A program made the translations under genes and the position numbers. Positions 18,748-28,426 of a stretch of DNA of 64,000 nucleotides are shown here, one piece after another; position 1 is the stretch's first letter, and each line of letters opens with the position of its first letter. Location: NCBI GenBank assembly GCA_012798435.1, contig JAAZNF010000028.1, forward strand, positions 94,946 through 158,945. The letters run 5' to 3'. The stretch comes from Myxococcales bacterium (lineage in GTDB: Bacteria > Myxococcota > B64-G9). The notes beneath the pieces are model-generated. The model did no database searches. It was not told the DNA's origin and saw only the letters and a program-made list of their open reading frames with translations.

Positions 18748-20211
18748 TTATTTCGTGGGAAGCGCGTCCGGGCGCATCAGGATGCTGCAGGTGACGTGCG
18801 AGCCAACCCCCGCGTGACTGATGGCCAGGCCCCGCTTGGCGTCGGGCACCTGCAGGTTCTCGATGTCCTTGGGCATGGTCTTGCCGAAGCGCTCCCACAT
18901 CTCCTTGCGGGCGTGGAAGTACTTCCAGCGGTTCTGCAGCTGCCAGAACAGCTCGCACACCTGCATGATGCCCGTGGCGCCCACGGCATGCATGCAGCCG
19001 ATGAGTCCGCCCGAGAGGTTGGAGGGCAGGCGTCCGGGTTTTCCGGCCAGCTTCTTCGAAAAGCTGCCATCGTCGGGAACGGTGAGGTAGGCGTCGCCGC
19101 TCTCGATGTATTCGGGCCCCCGACCGTACGGCCGCAGGCCGATGTCCTCGTAGGTCTGGATGTCGCTGATGGTGAAGGCGTCGTGCAACTCGACGAGATC
19201 GAGATCCTCGCACGGGTCGTGGATGCCACACATGTTGTAGGCGTAGTAGGCCGCCATGCGCGCCGCCAGGAATCCCGTGAAGCCGGGGTAGCGCTCGTTG
19301 ACCTCCGGGCCCTTGAGCTTTTCGTAGTACTTGCGGATCTCGGGGTCGGCTTCCTCGTGCGGCAGCAGCGGGATGTCCATGTTGCGCCGGTCGGCGGTGC
19401 GCAGGGTGTGGCTGCCGGCGGTGACGAACAGGCGCATCGGCTTGTCGCTCAACTTATAGGCGACCTCCTCCGAACAAACCAGCACCGCAGACACTCCCAC
19501 GCTCATCAGGCAGGCGTCGTAGAAACGCAAGGGATCGGCCACCACGGGGGATTTCTCCACGTCTTCCACCGTGATCTTGCCGTGGGTCTGGGCGAAGGGG
19601 TTGGAATAGGCGTGCCGGCGGTTCTTCACCGCGATCTTGGACATGGTGCGCCGGAAGGCCGGCGAGCCCTTGCCGAACACCTTCCAGTAGCGCTGGGCCA
19701 TGAGCGCGTAGTAGCCGGTGTAGATGTGGCCCAGCTCGGTCTCGTAGTCCTTGTCGGCCGCGGTGGCGATGTAGTGGTTGCCCGTCCAGGTGTCCACCTC
19801 GTCCATACGCTCCCAGCCCATGGCCAGCGCGCAGTCGGAGTAACCAGAGGCGATCAGATTGCTGGCGATCCACAGGGTCGAGCCGCCGGTGGCACCGCCG
19901 GTCTTGATGCCCACGTTCCCCATGGGATCCAGCCCGAGCCGGTCGTGGATCAAAGCCTCGCCGAGCAGCTGATCGCCGAAGTGATCGGCAAAGTGCCCAT
20001 AGCAGGCGGTGTGGATGTACTCCTTGAGCTCCTGGATGCCGTCCACCTTGAGGTTGTTCTCGAGGGCCAGCATGCGGAAGGCCTCGACCGCCAACTCCTC
20101 AGTCTTCTTCTCGGGATAGAACTTCTTGAAGTCGCTCTGGCCGGCGGCGACCAGGTAGACCGGACGCATCTGTTTGGGAATGGCCAGATTCCCGGGGCCG
20201 AACTTGATCAT
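18748..20211 (-). CDS. Thiolase-fold protein (SCP-x/Ltp2-like, lacking the canonical nucleophilic Cys)
   Basis: TGGATGG, AVKNRRHA..NPFAQ, ELHDAF, NLSGGLIGCMHAVGATG; RBS GGAGGAG. Confidence 0.88.
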   Translation of the reverse strand: MIKFGPGNLAIPKQMRPVYLVAAGQSDFKKFYPEKKTEELAVEAFRMLALENNLKVDGIQELKEYIHTACYGHFADHFGDQLLGEALIHDRLGLDPMGNVGIKTGGATGGSTLWIASNLIASGYSDCALAMGWERMDEVDTWTGNHYIATAADKDYETELGHIYTGYYALMAQRYWKVFGKGSPAFRRTMSKIAVKNRRHAYSNPFAQTHGKITVEDVEKSPVVADPLRFYDACLMSVGVSAVLVCSEEVAYKLSDKPMRLFVTAGSHTLRTADRRNMDIPLLPHEEADPEIRKYYEKLKGPEVNERYPGFTGFLAARMAAYYAYNMCGIHDPCEDLDLVELHDAFTISDIQTYEDIGLRPYGRGPEYIESGDAYLTVPDDGSFSKKLAGKPGRLPSNLSGGLIGCMHAVGATGIMQVCELFWQLQNRWKYFHARKEMWERFGKTMPKDIENLQVPDAKRGLAISHAGVGSHVTCSILMRPDALPTK

Positions 20212-20308
20212 GCTCTCTCCTCCGAAGGTAGGATGGGTTCTCTCTCGGGTTTTGACCAAACCACAACCCCGCGGTCCGATCAACTGTTTTTCGGCCGGCG
20301 CTCTTACC

Positions 20309-20344
20309 TTGACACCGGCCCAGTATTTCTGGTAATTGAGTACC
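20309..20344 (+). promoter_or_regulatory. Putative promoter with an overlapping Rrf2 operator
   Basis: TTGACA at 20309; palindrome GGTA-ATTGAG-TACC (20331-20344) lies over the -10 region, just upstream of the Rrf2 gene. Confidence 0.5.
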
Positions 20345-20374
20345 TGTTTTCTTGTTTTCTCGGATGAGACGTCG

Positions 20375-20977
20375 ATGAACGGAATCCTGGCCTTCTCGGA
20401 CGCTGCGTCTCTGGCGCTACACACGGCAGGATTGCTGGCGGCAGAGCCGAAGCGGCTACGCTCGGTCCCAGAGATGGCCGAGATGCTGGGTGCTTCTCAG
20501 GCCCACCTGGCCAAGGTGCTCCAGAGCCTGGCGCGGGCGGGATTGGTGCGCTCGGTGCGTGGCCCGGGCGGAGGTTTCCAGTTGGCCCGCTCTCCCCGCG
20601 AGATGACCCTCCTCGAAGTGTACGAGGCCGTGTCTGGAACGCTGCGGCCCTCGACCTGCCTGCTGCGCCGGCCCGTGTGCACCGCGGGAGGCTGCGTGCT
20701 CGGAGATCTGCTGCGCCGGGTGCAGACCGATGTGCGCGAGTACCTGTCCGGAACGAAGGTCGCCGCGCTCGCCGCGCTGCGCTTCGAGGGCGATCCACCC
20801 ACGCCAGACGATGGAGCCCCCGTACAAGACCCAGGCCATCTGCGCGGAGAACGCGCCAAAGGAGGTAATCTATGTTCTGCTGGCAGTGCGAACAAACGGC
20901 GAGAGGGCAAGGTTGTCAGGGACAACACGGCGTGTGCGGCAAGGACGCCCGAACCGCCGCGCTCCAGGATTTGTTGA
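20375..20977 (+). CDS. Rrf2 family transcriptional regulator
   Basis: [36 protein letters not shown], three Cys ([13 protein letters not shown]). The frame runs 106 nt into hcp. Confidence 0.9.
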   Translation: MNGILAFSDAASLALHTAGLLAAEPKRLRSVPEMAEMLGASQAHLAKVLQSLARAGLVRSVRGPGGGFQLARSPREMTLLEVYEAVSGTLRPSTCLLRRPVCTAGGCVLGDLLRRVQTDVREYLSGTKVAALAALRFEGDPPTPDDGAPVQDPGHLRGERAKGGNLCSAGSANKRREGKVVRDNTACAARTPEPPRSRIC

Positions 20978-22527
20978 TCGAGCTCACCAAGGGCGTGGCC
21001 ATGTACGCCCACCAGGCTCGGGCTGCAGCGGGGCCGGCAGCCCGAGAGCGGGAGATCGACGTGGGGGTGATCGAGGCGCTGTTCTCGACGGTGACCAATG
21101 TGAACTTCGACCCACAGCGGGTTTCGGCATTCATCGACCAGATGACCTCTCTTCGTGAGCGGGCCCGGGAGCTTTATCTCGAAGCGTACCGTAAGGCGGG
21201 CCAGACGCCGGAGGATCTCGACGGTGCCGTGACGCTCAAGGTTGTGCCTGATCTCGATGGCCGCGTGAGGCAAGGCGAGGCGGTGGGAATCTCGGCGCGT
21301 CTCTCGGCCGCGGGATGCGACATCGTCGGCCTGCAAGAGCTCGTGTTGTACGGGCTCAAGGGAATGGCCGCTTACGCCGACCATGCACAGATCCTCGGCC
21401 AGGAGGATGTGGCGCTCTACGCCTTTTTCCACGAGGCGCTGGCTCGACTCACACGCCCGGCGAGCATCTCCGAACTGCTCAGTCTCGCCCTGAAGGTCGG
21501 CGAGTGGAACCTCAAGGCCATGGAACTGCTGGACGCCGCCAACACTGGCGCGTTCGGCCATCCCACACCGACGGCGGTGCGAGTCACACCCCGGCGCGGC
21601 AAGGCCATCCTGGTATCGGGTCATGATCTGCTCGACCTGGCCGCCTTGCTCGAACAGACCACCGGGAAGGGCATCCAGGTCTACACGCATGGCGAGATGC
21701 TTCCGGCCCACGGCTATCCCGGTCTGCGGAAACACCCACATCTGGCCGGCAACTACGGAGGCGCCTGGCAGGAGCAGCGCAAGGAGTTCAACCAGTTCCC
21801 CGGGGCCATCCTGATGACCACCAACTGCATCCAGCGTCCTCTGGATTCCTACCGGGCTCGCATCTTCACCACCGGTCTGGTGGCCTGGCCTGGCGTGACT
21901 CATGTGACGCGTAAGGACTTCTCCCCGGTGATTCGGGCCGCGCAGGCGGCAGAAGGGTTCACGACCGATGGTCCGGAGCAGACTATCACCGTCGGCTTCG
22001 GCCACCAGGCGGTCCTGGGGGTGGCCGACAAGGTGATCGAGGCGGTGAAGAAGGGCAAGATCCGCCACTTCTTCCTGGTCGGTGGTTGCGATGGCGCCGA
22101 AACAGGCCGCGACTACTACACTCGCTTCGCCGAGGCAGTACCGAAAGACTGCGTGGTCCTCACCTTGGCGTGCGGCAAGTACCGCTTCAACAAGCTTTCG
22201 TTCGGCGAGATCGCGGGCATCCCCCGCCTGCTCGACGTCGGCCAGTGCAATGACGCCTACTCGGCCATCCGCATCGCCGGGGCCTTGGCACAGGCGTTCG
22301 GCACCGACGTGAACGGCCTGCCGCTATCCCTGGTGTTGTCCTGGTACGAGCAGAAAGCAGTGGCTATCCTGCTCACCCTGCTCCACCTCGGTATCCGCAA
22401 CATCCGGCTGGGTCCCAAGCTCCCGGCGTTTGTGAGTCCTGAGGCACTGAAGGTGCTCGTTGACAAGTTCCAGCTTGTGCTCATCTCCACGCCGGAGGAA
22501 GATCTGAAGGCCGCCCTCAACCGCTGA
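20872..22527 (+). CDS. hcp: Hybrid cluster protein / hydroxylamine reductase
   Basis: [11 protein letters not shown]...[44 protein letters not shown]; RBS AAGGAGG. Confidence 0.97.
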   Translation: MFCWQCEQTARGQGCQGQHGVCGKDARTAALQDLLIELTKGVAMYAHQARAAAGPAAREREIDVGVIEALFSTVTNVNFDPQRVSAFIDQMTSLRERARELYLEAYRKAGQTPEDLDGAVTLKVVPDLDGRVRQGEAVGISARLSAAGCDIVGLQELVLYGLKGMAAYADHAQILGQEDVALYAFFHEALARLTRPASISELLSLALKVGEWNLKAMELLDAANTGAFGHPTPTAVRVTPRRGKAILVSGHDLLDLAALLEQTTGKGIQVYTHGEMLPAHGYPGLRKHPHLAGNYGGAWQEQRKEFNQFPGAILMTTNCIQRPLDSYRARIFTTGLVAWPGVTHVTRKDFSPVIRAAQAAEGFTTDGPEQTITVGFGHQAVLGVADKVIEAVKKGKIRHFFLVGGCDGAETGRDYYTRFAEAVPKDCVVLTLACGKYRFNKLSFGEIAGIPRLLDVGQCNDAYSAIRIAGALAQAFGTDVNGLPLSLVLSWYEQKAVAILLTLLHLGIRNIRLGPKLPAFVSPEALKVLVDKFQLVLISTPEEDLKAALNR

Positions 22528-22651
22528 CGCCGCCGCACGAGCGCCGCCAGTGGATTCAACGAAACGCTCGTGCCGCAAGGCAGCGTTTCCCCCAATTTCC
22601 ACAGTCCCTGGGCCGCTTTTCCCGCCCGGCTCTTTTTGATAGAGTCACTTC

Positions 22652-23293
22652 GTGCTCGCCCTGGTCGGCACCATCCACCTGGACCCGGAGGGATATCCCC
22701 GCCTGATTCTGCTGTTCGAGCGGCTGCGCCCCCAGGTGATCTCGGTGGAGCTGAGCCAGTACGCGCTCAAGTTCCGGCGCCAGCACGGCCAGCGGCTGCG
22801 CGAGCGGCTCTCCGGTTTCCGCCGCCCCGACGGCACGCTCCCCGAGGGACTGGCCGCGGTGGAGGCCCAGCTCGAGATCCCCTTCGAGTACCGCGCCGCT
22901 CACGACTACGCCCGGCTCAACCGCGCCAAGCTGGTGTGCATTGGCGACAGCCGCCGCTCGCAGGCGCTGCTCTCTCTTCTGGAGCGCGAACTGATGGCCA
23001 CCGACAACCTGGTCACGCTCGCCCTGCGCCGCGACATCCCACTCGCCGAGCTGGTGGCGTGCGAGTGGGTGCGCGCGAAGCGTGAGTTCGAGAAGAGCCC
23101 GCTGGCCGGGACCGATCTGGCCCGCCGCCTCGCCTCCGCCGACCGCAAGATGGCCCGCCGCATCCGTGTCCTGGCCACACCCGGCGCCAACCTGGTCCAC
23201 GTGGGCGGCTGGGAGCACCTGGCGGGCCTCACCTCACTGCTTTCCGACCTCGCGCCGCAAGTGACCCTTCTCGCTCCGGAGACGCTCTCCTAG
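22652..23293 (+). CDS. Hypothetical protein (possible TraB/EreA-like metal-binding fold)
   Basis: LVGTIHLD...ISVELS...PFEYRAA...HVGGWEH; coding-like codon bias. Confidence 0.6.
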   Translation: MLALVGTIHLDPEGYPRLILLFERLRPQVISVELSQYALKFRRQHGQRLRERLSGFRRPDGTLPEGLAAVEAQLEIPFEYRAAHDYARLNRAKLVCIGDSRRSQALLSLLERELMATDNLVTLALRRDIPLAELVACEWVRAKREFEKSPLAGTDLARRLASADRKMARRIRVLATPGANLVHVGGWEHLAGLTSLLSDLAPQVTLLAPETLS

Positions 23294-23296
23294 CAA

Positions 23297-23354
23297 TGGG
23301 GCACGGCCTCCTCACACCCCAGGAGAGCCCCACCCCAAAAACCTTCTGACAGGA
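23297..23354 (+). repeat. REP-like repeat family B, copy 1
   Basis: Shares CACCCCARAAWCCTTCT with the inverted copy at 23676-23732, and AAAAACCT.CTGACA with 52207-52256. Confidence 0.5.
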
Positions 23355-23460
23355 TAAAGGCCCAGAAGGATTTCCAATACTCAGAAGCCACGAAACAACC
23401 CAAGTGTATTGTCGTTGCATTCGATGAAGAGAATGCAAGCATGTTCTTCTTGGAAAAGGA

Positions 23461-23589
23461 GAAGCATGCCTGCATGCTGCTCACAATAGCGATTTCAGCC
23501 GAAACCCGACCGCCGTCAAGGGCGAGCGCAGCGAGTCGCGAAGCGATTGAAAACCCTTGACGGCAAAGGTCGGGCGGAGGCTACGCCTG
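23461..23589 (+). repeat. Hairpin repeat family A, copy 1 (REP/MITE-like or ncRNA)
   Basis: Ungapped match to 31681-31809 (106/129 by hand count); nested stems CCCGACC/GGTCGGG and CCGTCAAGGG/CCCTTGACGG. Confidence 0.8.
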
Positions 23590-23675
23590 TAAATGTGACC
23601 AATGGACAGCTACTGTGGAGAAGGGACGCGGAGGGTGGTGAGGTGTTGCAGAGGAGGAGGGAAATTCAGAGCAAG

Positions 23676-23732
23676 AGAAGGATTCTGGGGTGAGATGGTT
23701 CTCGGGGGTTCACGGGGGCCAGGCCCCCGTGC
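23676..23732 (-). repeat. REP-like repeat family B, copy 2 (inverted)
   Basis: On the minus strand: CACGGGGGC-ctg-GCCCCCGTG hairpin, then AACCCCCGAGAA...CACCCCAGAATCCTTCT. Confidence 0.55.
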
Positions 23733-23744
23733 CGGGATGCCTCA

Positions 23745-25787
23745 TCACTTGGGGATGTCGAGGGTGAGGATGACGTCCCTCTGGCTGAGGTAACGGACGT
23801 TCATGTCCTTGAGCTTCGGATAGCCCGCCTGATCCACACTGATCTGGTTGACCGAGTACTTGCGCACCGCCTGAAGCGCGGCGCCCCCCTGGCTGGCGTA
23901 GCTGGTCTGGAGACCCAGCGAGCCGCCTTCCAGCGACTCGGTCCTAAACCCCTTGGGCAGGGACTGGAGCAGGATGTTCTGCGGGAAGGTCACGGTCACG
24001 CTCATGTCATCGAGCCACTTGAAAGGATAGCGCAGCATGTGCTCGCGCTTTTCGGCGGTTGGCATGGGGCAGACATCGTAGGGGCGCCCGGTGCGGGTGT
24101 ACATGGTGGGACAGGCCACATGGTGCAAGAAGGGGCTGGCCTTCACGACCATCTTGTCTCGCATGAGCTGGGCGTGATTGGGCACATGGTAGCTGATGGT
24201 GATCTCGAGCGGCTTGTCCACGTCGTCCAGGTTGAGTACCGCAAAGTCGTCCATCTCCGCCTTGTCGGCGGTGGCGGTGGCGATGGAGCGCACGGCGCTC
24301 TCGCGATCCTTGGGATTGAGCGGGGTGAGCCAGGTGCGGTAGGCCAGCGCCATCTGGCCGGTGATCACCGAGCGCGCGTCCACCTTGGCCACGCCCTCCA
24401 CGGAGATCGCGCCGGTCACGGTGATCTCGCGCTTGTTCTCGGCGGCGGCGGAGATGGGCAGGTCGCGGAACGACACCTGACCACCCTTGACGAACAGGGC
24501 CTTGCGGCCCTCGAAGGCCCAGGGGATCTTTCCGAAGCCCACCAGCCGGTTGGTGGTGTCGAGCAGCGTGCCGTCGGGCAGCGCCAGTAACGGGTGGGTG
24601 AACTGGTACAGGTCGGGCACGCCCTCCAGCGGCGCCACCTGGTCCGCCGGCGAGGTCAACACCACCGAGGCGTCCAGTCCCTGGGATTGCAGCATGAGGA
24701 ACATCAGGTTGGCCGCCTGCTCCGGTGTGGCGGTCTTCTCATCCACGACCTGCTTGATCTTGACCGTGGAGATCTCGATCTCCCGCGGCACGTAGGTCAA
24801 ACCCTCGTAGGCCTCGATGGAGAGGTTGTGTTTCACCCAGTGGTAGATGGCCCGGGCCTTCTCCTTCGGGTCGGTGACGCCGGCCACGGCCTTCTCCGCC
24901 AGTTCCTTGGCGATGGCGGGCGGTCGGCCGTAGTGGTTGAACCACCTGAAGTACGTCTCGCCCAGGGTGTTCCAATCCCAGCGTTTCTCGCCCTGCCACA
25001 CGTACACCGCCGCGCCGAGGTCGGTGATCTCGGGCATGCCCTCCTCGGCGATCACCGCGGGCACGTCGCGAGCCTCCCACACGTCGAAGGTGGCCTGGCG
25101 GCTGACACCCACGTAGCCCATCATGCCGGTGATCATGCCGGTGGTGTCGCTGTAGTCGGGTTTGAGGTTCCCCGGGTCGTAGATGACCGGCTGGATCTCG
25201 GCGCGCTGGATGGGGCGGGCCATCATGAACTTGGAGTACATCACCGGCGCGTCCATCTTGGAGAACATCCACACCGGTGCGCCGCCCCGCTTGGTGTAGC
25301 GGTAGCTGATGACGTCGCCCGCGTCCAGGCCGGGGAACACGATCACGGTGCGGTAGGCGTTGATGGGCGGGGTGACGTCCGGAATGATGTCCTTGGCCAC
25401 TACGGTGGTCATGAAGTCGCTCTTACCGAGCTCGACCTTGCGCCCGTCGGGCTTCTCGATGGTGGCGGCGAGGTCGAGCAGGTCCCCGACGTGCGAGATG
25501 AAGATGTTTCCGAAGTGGTAGCCCTCGGTGGCCGCCCGGTCGAGCAATTTGATCTTGGCGTACTCGGTGGTGGCGTAGGAGGGGTAGTAGCTGTTGCCGA
25601 TGTCGTAGGGGTGAAAGTGCACGTAGCCCACGTCGTACAGGTACACGGCATGGACGTTCTGGTACTTGCCTTCGGGGGCGCGCGCGTTCTCCACCTCGGG
25701 CGGGATGATCACCAGGTCGCTCGCGGCGCAGGCGGAAAACAGCAGCGCGGCGAGTGATACGACACCAGAGTTGCGTGACGGTGCCAT
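23745..25787 (-). CDS. DUF3857 + transglutaminase-like lipoprotein (probably catalytically inactive)
   Basis: FSAC lipobox; KIKLLD, FPGLDAGDVISYRY (DUF3857); KARAIYHWVK; ATPEQAA sits where the GDC Cys would be. Confidence 0.8.
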   Translation of the reverse strand: MAPSRNSGVVSLAALLFSACAASDLVIIPPEVENARAPEGKYQNVHAVYLYDVGYVHFHPYDIGNSYYPSYATTEYAKIKLLDRAATEGYHFGNIFISHVGDLLDLAATIEKPDGRKVELGKSDFMTTVVAKDIIPDVTPPINAYRTVIVFPGLDAGDVISYRYTKRGGAPVWMFSKMDAPVMYSKFMMARPIQRAEIQPVIYDPGNLKPDYSDTTGMITGMMGYVGVSRQATFDVWEARDVPAVIAEEGMPEITDLGAAVYVWQGEKRWDWNTLGETYFRWFNHYGRPPAIAKELAEKAVAGVTDPKEKARAIYHWVKHNLSIEAYEGLTYVPREIEISTVKIKQVVDEKTATPEQAANLMFLMLQSQGLDASVVLTSPADQVAPLEGVPDLYQFTHPLLALPDGTLLDTTNRLVGFGKIPWAFEGRKALFVKGGQVSFRDLPISAAAENKREITVTGAISVEGVAKVDARSVITGQMALAYRTWLTPLNPKDRESAVRSIATATADKAEMDDFAVLNLDDVDKPLEITISYHVPNHAQLMRDKMVVKASPFLHHVACPTMYTRTGRPYDVCPMPTAEKREHMLRYPFKWLDDMSVTVTFPQNILLQSLPKGFRTESLEGGSLGLQTSYASQGGAALQAVRKYSVNQISVDQAGYPKLKDMNVRYLSQRDVILTLDIPK

Positions 25788-25810
25788 GGGGTATCCTTTC
25801 TATGGAAACT

Positions 25811-27781
25811 TTATGCCTTCTTCTTGGCCGGCTCGAACATGAGCACGAAGTTCCCGGCGTCCAGCGCCTTTCGCAACGACTCGCGGGCGGTGGGGTACTT
25901 GTCCGGAGGGATCTGGAGCTGCTTCAGCGCCATGCGGTACTCGGTCACCACCCGGTCGCCTTCGATCTGGGTGAGGCGCTCGGCCGAGACCCACTCGTCG
26001 TCCAGGGCGAAGTTCTTGGGCTGACCGGCGAGCTCCATCCCCGCCGGGATGGCTACCTCGTAACGGATGCGGGTCAAGGTCAATGAGTTGAGATCCAGCG
26101 GGTACCGGCGCTTGGGAAGCGAAAGCAGGTCGGACAGCGAACTCAAGAAAGGCCGCTTCACGTCGAAGGACACGCCCTTTCCGGTGGACTGGAAGGCCTT
26201 GTCGAGGCGCGCCTTGAACTGGATGGCGAACGGCTGGTTGTTGTCGTCCTTCCCCGTCGTCACCTGCTCGAGCAGGGTGGCCTGGGGGTACGCCTCGCGC
26301 AGCATCTCCTGCAGATACTTGGGCCAGCGGTCGCCGGGGTACTCCTGCGCGCGGGAGCGGAAGTTGCCCGCGGTGTTGCCGGTGGTGGAGAGCGCCACGC
26401 TCATCTGCGCGGTCACCGCGTCCAGGGGCCGGAACTCGACCTTCCACTCGGCCTGGTTGCTCTCGGCGGGCTGGACCGGGATGAAGTCGAGGAACGGCGC
26501 CCCCGGGCGGGCCACCACCACGTGTACGCCCTGGTCGGCGGCTGGTGTGGTCTTGTAATCGAGGTCGCGGTAGGTGGCGTCCATCCAGTACACTTGGCCG
26601 TCGGCCTCGACTCGAGCGATGGAGTGGTTGAAGTGGAACGGCCCCGGCAGATCGAGCGGCAGCTTGCCAAGAGAGGGCCGGATGCCGATCAGGATGGGAT
26701 CGGCCTTGAGCCCCAGCTCGCGGCACAGCACGGTGATGAGCCCCGCCACCGCCTTGCAATCGCCGTACTTCTTGCTGCACACCACGTGCGCCGACAGCGG
26801 GATGAAGCCGGCCAGGCCCTTCTCCAGGCCGACGTAGCGCACGTTGTTGTTCATGTAGTCCCACACCATCTTGAGCTTCTCGGTCTCGGTCTTGGCCTTC
26901 TCGGCGATGGCTTTCGCCACCTCCTTCACCGGCTCGGTGATCTCCTGCTTGTCCTTGATCATCTCGTGCCAGCAGGTCCCCAGATCCTCCCAGGAGCGGA
27001 TGGCCTTGCAGGCCGGGTACTCGCCGAAGGCCGAGACCTTCTCGTTGGCCACGCGGAGCTGCGCCAGCACGTCGGAGGGCGCCACCATGCCCTTCTCGAT
27101 GAAGAGAGGCGGCACGTCGCGGGCAGTCCAGGTGCGACGCAGGCGGTTGCCCACTCGCTCCTCCAGCGGCTTGATGTCGATGTTGTCGGTGCGCCACTTG
27201 TAGGCAAAGTCGGCGGGGGTGTCGAGGGTGTAGCTCACCTCTAGCACTGGATCGCGGTCCTGGAAGTTGAGCCCACCCACGCCCAGGAACTTCGCCGAGC
27301 GGATACGGTAGCGCTCCTCGATGATGGCCCCGGGGCCGGCGCCCTTGAGCTTGAACACCATGCAGCGTTGGTCCTGCTCCGGGATGGCCCAGTCCACCCA
27401 GGTGATATCGCGGATGTCGTCTTTCTCCAACGGGAAGACCTTGCCGTCCGGGGCGATGGCGCGGGCCTCGATCGACTCCACCTTGTCCCAGGTCTCGTTG
27501 TAGCAGATGGCCCGTTCGATGCGGCAGTTGGACGAGTCCTCGGCGCAATCCAGCGCCTTGCGGTCAAGGATCTTGACCCGGCGGAACCCCTCCGTGATCA
27601 GGCTCTCGCCGCGGTCGTCCACCGTCCCGGTGGAGCGGTCCTCCAGCACCACCGCCACCGCGCCCTCGAAGCGGGTGGGGGTGACATTCTCGTACTGTTT
27701 GATCACCGCGGTTCCCGATGCGGCGCAGCCGAAGATCACAGCGGACGACACCAGCACGAACCAGTAGCGGGCACTTTTCAT
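25811..27781 (-). CDS. DUF3857 + transglutaminase domain lipoprotein
   Basis: Lipobox IFGC; VRYVGLE.G..G..P, YGDCKAVA, FNHSI, YWMDAT (Cys-His-Asp triad). Confidence 0.88.
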   Translation of the reverse strand: MKSARYWFVLVSSAVIFGCAASGTAVIKQYENVTPTRFEGAVAVVLEDRSTGTVDDRGESLITEGFRRVKILDRKALDCAEDSSNCRIERAICYNETWDKVESIEARAIAPDGKVFPLEKDDIRDITWVDWAIPEQDQRCMVFKLKGAGPGAIIEERYRIRSAKFLGVGGLNFQDRDPVLEVSYTLDTPADFAYKWRTDNIDIKPLEERVGNRLRRTWTARDVPPLFIEKGMVAPSDVLAQLRVANEKVSAFGEYPACKAIRSWEDLGTCWHEMIKDKQEITEPVKEVAKAIAEKAKTETEKLKMVWDYMNNNVRYVGLEKGLAGFIPLSAHVVCSKKYGDCKAVAGLITVLCRELGLKADPILIGIRPSLGKLPLDLPGPFHFNHSIARVEADGQVYWMDATYRDLDYKTTPAADQGVHVVVARPGAPFLDFIPVQPAESNQAEWKVEFRPLDAVTAQMSVALSTTGNTAGNFRSRAQEYPGDRWPKYLQEMLREAYPQATLLEQVTTGKDDNNQPFAIQFKARLDKAFQSTGKGVSFDVKRPFLSSLSDLLSLPKRRYPLDLNSLTLTRIRYEVAIPAGMELAGQPKNFALDDEWVSAERLTQIEGDRVVTEYRMALKQLQIPPDKYPTARESLRKALDAGNFVLMFEPAKKKA

Positions 27782-27817
27782 GGGCACCTCTTGCGTTTCG
27801 TCACGCGACGGACGGCA

Positions 27818-28324
27818 TCAATAGAACTCGGCCCCGAAGGCCTCGATCACGGGCAAGCGCACCGGCTCCCCCGGCTTCACCGCCTCGGGCGCGAGGAACT
27901 TGTGGCCCTTCTGGAAGTACTCGACCTGCTCCGGGGTGAGCGTCTGCAACATCACCTTGCCCTCGGCCACCGCGCGCCGCTCCAGGCACTCGGCCGGCGT
28001 CTCGAAGCGGGGTTTCGCCGTCACCCGCAGCATGAGCTTTCCCTCGGCGTCGGCGATGGCGAACCAGGCGCGGGCGTGCTTGCAAAAGTCCTTCACCGTG
28101 CCTTCGACGCGGACGATCTTCCCCTCGTACTTGGCGGGATCTTTGACGAGATCGGCCACGGTCACGGCGTCGGCGCCGGCGAGCTTCGCGCCCACCTTGT
28201 CGGCCGCCTTCGCCGGCTCGGCTACCCCGGGTTCTCCCGTCGTGGGCGCACTCGCGGCGTCCTTCTTGTCGCAACCGATAGCGAGCATGGCCAGCACGGC
28301 CAGACACAACCAGAACAGGCGCAT
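27818..28324 (-). CDS. DUF4920-like OB-fold lipoprotein
   Basis: Lipobox AIGC; VADLVKDPAKYEGKIVRVEGTVKDFC...W; AVAEG. Confidence 0.75.
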   Translation of the reverse strand: MRLFWLCLAVLAMLAIGCDKKDAASAPTTGEPGVAEPAKAADKVGAKLAGADAVTVADLVKDPAKYEGKIVRVEGTVKDFCKHARAWFAIADAEGKLMLRVTAKPRFETPAECLERRAVAEGKVMLQTLTPEQVEYFQKGHKFLAPEAVKPGEPVRLPVIEAFGAEFY

Positions 28325-28426
28325 TTTTCCTCCTCGTGCTGTTCGCCGGCGCGGCCTGTCGCCGCCCCGAGCGGCAAAATATTAGGCACACCCCACGAGT
28401 TCCTTCAAGAGCATACTCGCCGCTGG

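Noticed and set aside
22561-22590. Hairpin GAAACGCT..TGCC-GCAA-GGCA-GCGTTTC after hcp as an ncRNA
   Set aside because: It is a single short stem without a clear U-tract or a second copy. Most likely a weak terminator or mRNA-stabilising stem.
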